Below, piece by piece: positions 57,390-64,000 of a DNA stretch of 64,000 bases. Numbering within the stretch: position 1 is the stretch's first letter; each line of letters begins with the position of its first letter. The notes under the pieces were generated by a model. The model saw only the letters and a list, made by a program, of their open reading frames with translations. It was not told where the DNA came from and ran no database searches. Both the position numbers and the translations under genes were made by a program. Source of the DNA: a virus; the IMG/VR virus record IMGVR_UViG_3300021431_002079, positions 1,975 to 65,974 of that record, one strand, 5' to 3'.

Positions 57390-58689
57390 TCTTATTTATT
57401 ACAACAATATATTCATAATTTTTTTTAAAATGAGAAGTATTAACTATTTCTTCTTTAATATATTTCTTATATTTATTTAACTTATCATCAGTAACAAAAA
57501 CATATCTTTCACAATCATAATTTTTTAAACATATATCTATCCATTTATCACATGAATAATTTAATGATTTTACACCAGGCCATTCCTCAATATCTTCATA
57601 AGGAGAACATGTAAATAAACATTCATATTTTCCAGTTTCTTTTGTTGAATCTTTTTTAGAAATTACTGCAGAGTTACTAGTGTATTTTGATAAAAATTCA
57701 TATATTTCATTTGATTCATCAACGGAGTATTCACATAAATCTTGACCTATATAATTTTTATTAGATGCTAAACACCCAATCATTCTACCACTATAACCAC
57801 TAAATGGATCAAATATTGTATTAAACTTATTGAGATATTTTTCAATTATATATTTTGCAAGTTTTGGTTTAAAATATGTAACATGTGGAAACATACGAGA
57901 TGATGATAAACCAGCTCCATAACTATTTTCCATAAATACACCTCTCAAAAAATATATTAATCGTCCTTGTCCTTTAAACCAATCACTATATCTTAATCTA
58001 TTTCTATAAAATGATTTAAATACTTCAGGGTCATTTTGAATTAATTTCCACCCTTCGTATGGAGATATATTACCCTTTATGTTAGCTAATATTATACTCT
58101 GATGAAAATATGTAACTAAGTTTGATGAATACTTTGTTTTTAATTCTCCTGGATTTTTTTGAAGATTTTTAAACTCATTCTCGCATTTTTTCAATGTTGG
58201 TTGAATAAATGACAATGGAGGAAAATCTATATATTGAATTCTCTCATACTCGCGTTCCCAGAATTTTTCTACAATAATATCGCAAAATTCTTTAGAACAG
58301 TTACCTTTATATTTTTGTTGTGGTAATATATATTTCTTATCATATTCATATGCTTCATAAAATGATTTCAAATCTTTTAATTCAGAATCAAACCAAGATT
58401 CATCTATAATAGGATTACCATCATTATATATTATTTTTATATCACCAAACTCAACATCGTCATTTGAGTATAAACATTGAATCATCATATCCATTAAAAT
58501 ATGAGTTAATTGTTCTTTTGTTGGTAATTCCCAATGAATACATTCATCTTCTTCTAATTCAAACCATGTATCTAAATTATGCGATTCATAATTTGATGGA
58601 ATTGGTATTATGTACACTAAGTCATTAATTTTTTTCAATAATCCATCAATATTGTATTTAGTAATAATATCGTAAGCTTTATCTATCAT
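57379..58689 (-). CDS. hypothetical protein (436 aa), possible SAM-dependent methyltransferase
   Basis: IFDPFSGYSGRMIG resembles MTase motif I (DPFxGxG); TCSPYED weakly resembles motif IV ([DNS]PP[YF]); low certainty. Confidence 0.35.
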   Translation of the reverse strand: MIDKAYDIITKYNIDGLLKKINDLVYIIPIPSNYESHNLDTWFELEEDECIHWELPTKEQLTHILMDMMIQCLYSNDDVEFGDIKIIYNDGNPIIDESWFDSELKDLKSFYEAYEYDKKYILPQQKYKGNCSKEFCDIIVEKFWEREYERIQYIDFPPLSFIQPTLKKCENEFKNLQKNPGELKTKYSSNLVTYFHQSIILANIKGNISPYEGWKLIQNDPEVFKSFYRNRLRYSDWFKGQGRLIYFLRGVFMENSYGAGLSSSRMFPHVTYFKPKLAKYIIEKYLNKFNTIFDPFSGYSGRMIGCLASNKNYIGQDLCEYSVDESNEIYEFLSKYTSNSAVISKKDSTKETGKYECLFTCSPYEDIEEWPGVKSLNYSCDKWIDICLKNYDCERYVFVTDDKLNKYKKYIKEEIVNTSHFKKNYEYIVVINKNEL

Positions 58690-58872
58690 AATTTATATTT
58701 AACACAACTAATTAAATTAATATAGTTTTTCACTCAATATTTTTTCAAATACGTCTTAAATATTTTATTTTTATAAAACAGGTACAGATAAAAAATAGCT
58801 TATTATATTATTATTATGTACTGTGTTTGATTTATAAAGATATAAAAAATATATAAATATAATATAAAAAAT

Positions 58873-61800
58873 ATGGCAATTCCAGTACATTTGCAGCAAT
58901 TTAAAGCTGCAGGTATATACCGAGTAGTATTTGATCACTCTTCTATTGTTAATGAAGATACTCAAACATTACGTTTGGTTGTTGGTTATTCTGATAAAGG
59001 TCCTTTCAATGTACCTGTATTAGTTAAAGACCCATACGTTTTCAAATCAATATTCGGTGATATATCTAAACGATTAGAGAAACGTGGAATATTCTTCCAT
59101 CATCTTGCTCTTCAAATGTTACAAGTAAGTCCAATTCTATGTCTTAATCTTAAGAAATTTGATGGTGAAACAGTTCAAGCAGCTACTATTAGTACAGAAT
59201 TTAACAGTAAGTCCGGTATTATTGATACTGTAACACTTAATGTTGAAGATATTTATGACACAACTAGATTCTGGACACTTGATGCAGAAAAATTAAATGG
59301 ATTACGTACTGTTGAAGGTTCAACATTAAATCAATTTATTAATATTTCTGCCACAAATGTTAAAGCTACTTCATGTACATATTTTATTCGTAAAGCTTCT
59401 GGTTCAAAAGTTTCTGGTTATAACATAACTGTTAATGATTGGTATTCAGATGAAGAAATTCCTGAATTCATGATTCCTTATAGAAATAATCTTGTATCAG
59501 ACTTCTTTGCTGAAATATATGTTTTCAGAGGTAAATTTGATGCTAAACAAGTTCTTTCATCAAGCACATTAAAGAATTACTTTATTGTTACTAATGATTT
59601 AGATGAAAACGGATTACAAGTCCTTAAACTTAAAGATAAAATTATTAATGCATTTGGTGATTCTGTAGATACACTTGATGAATTATATAAAGATGAAACA
59701 TCTGGTGCAATTGGTCATTATGTTGGTGCTATCATACCACAATTTAAGAATAAACAAGGTGCTTATGCATGTCTTGATGTTTTATTCAATAGCGATATTG
59801 ACCAACATAATATGATGATGTCATTTAATGATGAATTGATTGATGAAGAAGATATTAATTTAGATCTTTCTGGTCGTTCATTAATTCCAACCGATGATAA
59901 TAATAATAAATCAGTTAATTCTTCATTAAGTCTTAATAAGTTATTTAGTGGTGAAGCTACAACATCTGTTTTAGGAAATAATGTTGCTCCTGTCGTTGTT
60001 GATAAGACAACATTCTTAGCTAATGTTTATAATGTTGAAACTGGAACTCCAATTCAACAATTAAATAATGGTAAGACACGTATAACTGGTACACTTTATG
60101 TTAAAGGTTATCAAGAAAATACTGATACCGCTAGTGAAATCTTATTAAAACAAGTTGGCTCAAATACAACAGTTAAATTATATTTTGATACAGCCGATGG
60201 TGCTAAAGAAGCTGCTAAGAAATTGGGTGTAGTATTTGATGAAGATGGTAATCCTATCGATGAGAAAGGTACTTACTTCACTGCAGAAGGCGCATTTGAA
60301 AATGCTGAAGATCCATTATACGGACCTGCACAAGTAATTACTTCTATATCACGTCTTGAAAACAAAACTGAAAATAATGATGGCATAGAGTATACAGATA
60401 TTGATGAAAATGCTAAACCAACATTAGTTGATGTTGAACCTGTAACAAAAGTTGTTTATACAAATCCTAACACTGAAAATTCTGTTTATGGTTCTTCAGT
60501 ATCATTCTTAGATTATAATGATGCTAACTGGGAATATAAAGAAGATGTTGAAATAATAAAAGGTGTTAAACAACCTGCATTTGTTTGTGATGAAGAATAT
60601 GATACAACACTTATAAGTATCCTTCAAAAGGGTGATTGCTTAGTTGGTGTTGATAATGCATATGACAAGGATAATGATGGAGATATTGAAAACGATAAGG
60701 ATGGATATTATGATACAGTAAATGTTCAAGACTTCGGCACTGTATATGATGAAAACGGTGACTTCAAGTTCCATTACATTATTGTTTCAGGTAAACCACA
60801 AGAATACCAAGATACATCTAATGCTAACAACAAATACTTAGTTCGTATCGATGCTGGTCTTAACCAAGAAATTGGTTCAATGGTCCCACAATATCTTGAA
60901 GGTTATACATATAAGAATTCACGTCCAATGGGAACAGGAATGTATGCAAAAGTAAAATGGCAAGAATTTATTCTTTCTGCAATTACTGATTATAAAGGTC
61001 TTCGTACTGCACTTCTTAGTAAGTCAGAAGTTGATTATCGTTATGTAATAGATACATTCGCATCATACCCTGTATCTAACCTTAAGAATGTGCTTTCTTA
61101 CTTATGTAAAGAAAAACAATCAGCATTCTGTATTTCAAACTTCCCTGCAGTTAAAGATTTCATTAAGTGTCCTTACACATCATTCACTGATTCTAAGGGT
61201 ATCTTCAATGTTGATTATATTATCAAGGGATATAATAAGAAGAAAGCTGCATCTGTAATGTTCAGCTTACCAACAGAAAATGATGGTGCTTCATTCATAG
61301 CATTCTATACACCACTTAAATTCACTGATGGTTATATTGATACATTAGTTCCTGCTGCAGGTTTAGTATCTAACTTATTCATTAATAAGTACATTTCACG
61401 TCAACCATATTATATCGTTGCTGGTCCAAACTACGGACGTATTACAGCACCTGGTTTAATTGGTCCTGACTATAAATACTCTGCTGATGAATTACAACTT
61501 ATCGAACCATTTGGTGTTAACGTTATGGTTTACCGTCCTAACTTCGGTACATTCATTAATGCTAACCAAACTGCAAAACAAACTCCTGTTTCTGCACTTT
61601 CTAAAGTTAATGTTCGTGAGTTAGTTATTTATCTCCAAGATGAAATTGAAAAAGTTCTTCAAGCTTATCAATGGGAGTTCAACAATACTCGTACTCGTAA
61701 CGCTATACTTGATAGAGCAAATCAAATCTGTTCTATTATAGCTGCTAATGGTGGTATTCAAGCTTATAGAAATATTATGGATGAATCTAATAACACTCCT

Positions 61801-61926
61801 GATATCATCGATAATGAAATGGCTGTTATTACTACTCATATTGAGCCTGGTATGGGTTGTGGTAAGATGGTACAAGAACTTCATATTTGGAGAACTGGTC
61901 AAATGGATGCTAATATTATAGATTAA
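58873..61926 (+). CDS. gp18: tail sheath protein, T4 gp18-like (1017 aa)
   Basis: C-terminal region aligns by eye to T4 gp18: KVNVRELVIY ~ RINVRRLFNM; QWEFNNTRTRNAIL ~ LFELNNAFTRSSFR; MDESNNTPDIIDNEMAVITTHIEP ~ CDTTNNTPSVIDRNEFVATFYIQP; TATAAATA 13 nt upstream. Confidence 0.8.
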   Translation: MAIPVHLQQFKAAGIYRVVFDHSSIVNEDTQTLRLVVGYSDKGPFNVPVLVKDPYVFKSIFGDISKRLEKRGIFFHHLALQMLQVSPILCLNLKKFDGETVQAATISTEFNSKSGIIDTVTLNVEDIYDTTRFWTLDAEKLNGLRTVEGSTLNQFINISATNVKATSCTYFIRKASGSKVSGYNITVNDWYSDEEIPEFMIPYRNNLVSDFFAEIYVFRGKFDAKQVLSSSTLKNYFIVTNDLDENGLQVLKLKDKIINAFGDSVDTLDELYKDETSGAIGHYVGAIIPQFKNKQGAYACLDVLFNSDIDQHNMMMSFNDELIDEEDINLDLSGRSLIPTDDNNNKSVNSSLSLNKLFSGEATTSVLGNNVAPVVVDKTTFLANVYNVETGTPIQQLNNGKTRITGTLYVKGYQENTDTASEILLKQVGSNTTVKLYFDTADGAKEAAKKLGVVFDEDGNPIDEKGTYFTAEGAFENAEDPLYGPAQVITSISRLENKTENNDGIEYTDIDENAKPTLVDVEPVTKVVYTNPNTENSVYGSSVSFLDYNDANWEYKEDVEIIKGVKQPAFVCDEEYDTTLISILQKGDCLVGVDNAYDKDNDGDIENDKDGYYDTVNVQDFGTVYDENGDFKFHYIIVSGKPQEYQDTSNANNKYLVRIDAGLNQEIGSMVPQYLEGYTYKNSRPMGTGMYAKVKWQEFILSAITDYKGLRTALLSKSEVDYRYVIDTFASYPVSNLKNVLSYLCKEKQSAFCISNFPAVKDFIKCPYTSFTDSKGIFNVDYIIKGYNKKKAASVMFSLPTENDGASFIAFYTPLKFTDGYIDTLVPAAGLVSNLFINKYISRQPYYIVAGPNYGRITAPGLIGPDYKYSADELQLIEPFGVNVMVYRPNFGTFINANQTAKQTPVSALSKVNVRELVIYLQDEIEKVLQAYQWEFNNTRTRNAILDRANQICSIIAANGGIQAYRNIMDESNNTPDIIDNEMAVITTHIEPGMGCGKMVQELHIWRTGQMDANIID

Positions 61927-62011
61927 TACATAATAGAAAATTAGGGATGAAATACTCCCTAATTTTCAAAATTAAATAAAGATTACAAAATATATCGATA
62001 TATATATAACA

Positions 62012-62593
62012 ATGGCTAATACTTTATCACATTTACCTCATATATTGAATGTTGAATCAGGTCGTAACAAATATGATCCAGTTCACTCAATATTTGAAGT
62101 ATATTTTACATTGCCAGCAGCAATTCAAAGTCAATTTAAAACAGAAGAATTATTACTTACAGAGCAAGTTACAAAGGTTAGTGGATTAGATGCATTACAA
62201 AAGACAACAGAGGCAGGAGAACAAAAATTCTTTGGTGTTACAGTTTCATACTTACAACCAACTCTTGATACAACTGCAGCATCTCTTGCAATGACATTCA
62301 ACCTTAACTTACGTAATGTAACTGATAACTTCGTTTTGAGAGTATTCCGCGCTTGGGAAAATCTTTCATATAATCTTGCTGATGGTACTCGTTCAATCAA
62401 GACTGGTTATATTTCAGATAACTTACGTATAGCTGAAGCAAACCGTAATGGAGATATTTGGAGAAGTTATATTTTCCATAATATTATGTTAACTAAAGTT
62501 GATGGTCTTGATGAATTAAATTATGAAGACAAAGAAGCTCGTGTATTAAACGTAGAATTACGTTGTGATTACTGGGATGATGAAACTGCGTAA
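62012..62593 (+). CDS. gp19: tail tube protein, T4 gp19-like
   Basis: IFEVYFTL ~ T4 LFQVEISY; C-terminus VLNVELRCDYWDD ~ T4 FEVTLALDYWE; size (193 aa) and position after the sheath gene. Confidence 0.75.
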   Translation: MANTLSHLPHILNVESGRNKYDPVHSIFEVYFTLPAAIQSQFKTEELLLTEQVTKVSGLDALQKTTEAGEQKFFGVTVSYLQPTLDTTAASLAMTFNLNLRNVTDNFVLRVFRAWENLSYNLADGTRSIKTGYISDNLRIAEANRNGDIWRSYIFHNIMLTKVDGLDELNYEDKEARVLNVELRCDYWDDETA

Positions 62594-62615
62594 ATCTAAT
62601 TTTAATATACAAATA

Positions 62616-62654
62616 AGAAAAAATGGAAATCATTTATTTGATTTCCATTTTTTA
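62616..62654. terminator. bidirectional terminator hairpin
   Basis: aaaaa-aatggaaatca-tttatt-tgatttccatt-tttttt; overlaps the 3' end of the minus-strand gene 62630-63709. Confidence 0.55.
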
Positions 62655-63709
62655 TTTACCCATATTTTAAAATCATTGAAATTATAAAATATAATATAAT
62701 TCAATTTGTTTTCTTTTGCTTTATTATATTTATTTACATCTAGTTTACTCCAAACATATATCGCATTATCATAATATTTTGTTTGTTTATTTTTCCAAGT
62801 ATTTAATTTGTTTACATCATCTATATTATTATTGTCAAACAAATGTTTTCCATGAGTCCAATGATAATTGCATTCTATATATAAATCTAAACACGGAACA
62901 TAGAAATCACAACACCATGGATATTTATCACTTTTATATTGTCTTATAGCATCTGGATATTTTTCTTTTAATAATAAATAAGATTCATCTTCTTCATTAG
63001 ATGTATTAAATGAATTATTTATTTTTTTAGTTTCGTATTCTTTTTGTTTTCTTATTTCTTTCAAATACTCTATTTTAGATGCATTATCTACATTATAATG
63101 TTTTAATAATGACATTTTACATTTCTCTTTAACATCTTCATTTTGAAAAACATTATCAACCCCATATTTTTCTTTAACTGTTTTTATTTTCTTTTTTATA
63201 GAATTTTCTTTTTTCTGTTTATCCGAAAAATATGAAGGTCCTCCCCAATGTTCAATATTTGTTTCTTTAGATTTTTCCCTATTCGAAAAATTTGGATCTC
63301 CATATCTTTCATACTTAATATTTTTTATTTTCTCTTTAACATCTTCGTTTTGAAAAACATTATCAACCCCATATTTTTCTTTAATTGATTTTTTTATTTT
63401 TTCATATCGTTTTTCTGTGTTAACAAATTTGGTTGCATAAATACTTGCACATCTTTGTGAGCATGTTGTCCCAAATGGTTTAATAACACTTCTATAAAAT
63501 TTAACTGGATTACCACATATTGGACATTTAGGGTGTTCTTCAATATTTAAATAAATTCTTATGATAGATTCTATTTCATCATGTGAATCGTCATATCTAT
63601 TTAATAAATACTCTGAATACTCTTTCGATAGTTTTCTTTTGTAATTACTATTAAGTTTACCGTTACATATAAAAATTTTCTTTATTATTTCATCATTTAT
63701 TGGTTCCAT
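62630..63709 (-). CDS. homing-endonuclease-like protein (copy 3)
   Basis: CPICGNPVKF...CSQRC; repeats KEKYGVDNVFQNEDVKEKIK (x2, KYGV-type); same C-terminal domain (YKSDKYPWCCDFYVPCLDLYIECNYHWTHG...AKENKLNY). Confidence 0.5.
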   Translation of the reverse strand: MEPINDEIIKKIFICNGKLNSNYKRKLSKEYSEYLLNRYDDSHDEIESIIRIYLNIEEHPKCPICGNPVKFYRSVIKPFGTTCSQRCASIYATKFVNTEKRYEKIKKSIKEKYGVDNVFQNEDVKEKIKNIKYERYGDPNFSNREKSKETNIEHWGGPSYFSDKQKKENSIKKKIKTVKEKYGVDNVFQNEDVKEKCKMSLLKHYNVDNASKIEYLKEIRKQKEYETKKINNSFNTSNEEDESYLLLKEKYPDAIRQYKSDKYPWCCDFYVPCLDLYIECNYHWTHGKHLFDNNNIDDVNKLNTWKNKQTKYYDNAIYVWSKLDVNKYNKAKENKLNYIIFYNFNDFKIWVNKKWKSNK

Positions 63710-63917
63710 TATTTAAAAAATAGAAAAGTAGTTCTATATATTAAATAATTTTTAATACAAAATATTAAAAATTTTCTATATAAATATAGTTATTTATGTA
63801 GAATTTTTTAATCTTTATATATAAATATATTAAATGTATTAAATATGATATAAAAATGTGCAAATTGTTAAACTATTATTGTACAACATTTATCGTCATA
63901 TTAAACTAAATCTATTA

Positions 63918-64000
63918 TGAAGATTCAATTAACACAACAAATTATAATAAATGATAAACATAGATGGTTTTCTATGTTAGATATGTTGTGTTTTAAGTCT
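63918..64000 (+). CDS. 5' end of an ORF running off the window (MKIQLTQQIIINDKHRWFSMLDMLCFKS...)
   Basis: ATG preceded by two TATAAATA motifs (63779-63786, 63830-63837); truncated, no call. Confidence 0.3.

Noticed and set aside
1-64000. Alternative genetic code (e.g. TAG-recoded Lak-like megaphage of Prevotella), given the low GC and Bacteroidota host signals
   Set aside because: Standard-code ORFs are long, contiguous and tightly packed with conserved starts. Stops, including TAG at 275-277, delimit genes sensibly. There is no sign of in-frame TAG or TGA read-through being needed.

Overview
This window is an AT-rich (~27-30% GC), densely packed and mostly plus-strand segment of a T4-like myovirus genome. 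Direct protein-level similarity to T4 is visible for the major capsid protein (gp23-like, 53367-55139), the tail sheath (gp18-like, 58873-61926), the tail tube (gp19-like, 62012-62593) and a gp21-like prohead protease fused to an acidic scaffold carrying a 7x tandem 12-aa repeat (51532-53280). The host is most likely a low-GC Bacteroidota member. Three things support this: almost no Shine-Dalgarno sequences, one secreted protein ending in a canonical T9SS C-terminal sorting domain, and BspA-type 26-residue LRR proteins. The most striking feature is a ~10-aa N-terminal leader with consensus MK[STN][LI]x[ETSQ]YIxE, e.g. MKSLKEYINE. I count it at the start of at least 28 otherwise unrelated genes. 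It is a near-match to the T4 internal-protein capsid-targeting sequence (MKTYQEFIAE), which the gp21 protease removes after [LI]-x-E. The leader-tagged genes form a 17-gene cassette array (31405-42530) and three arrays of DUF285/26-residue-repeat proteins. The cassette array includes a HAD phosphatase, two Pol-beta-fold nucleotidyltransferases, an NMNAT/PPAT-like adenylyltransferase and an RNA ligase, plus leader remnants and a frameshifted leader pseudogene. I interpret this as an unusually large, recombinationally plastic repertoire of capsid-packaged proteins that are probably injected, including an RNA-repair and nucleotide-metabolism toolkit. Other notable content: an SPFH/flotillin + NfeD membrane pair just upstream of the head genes; three minus-strand homing-endonuclease-like genes with KYGV-type repeats and a methyltransferase-like gene inserted between structural genes; three peptidoglycan hydrolases (signal-peptide GH24 lysozyme, GH19, CHAP) and a lipoprotein; a second Rnl2-like RNA ligase next to a 1209-aa SF2 helicase; a degenerate NDK-like protein; and a 1689-aa N/Y/D-rich protein. 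No rRNA, tRNA or CRISPR was found. All calls come from reading motifs in the translated ORFs and from recalled protein families; no database searches were run.
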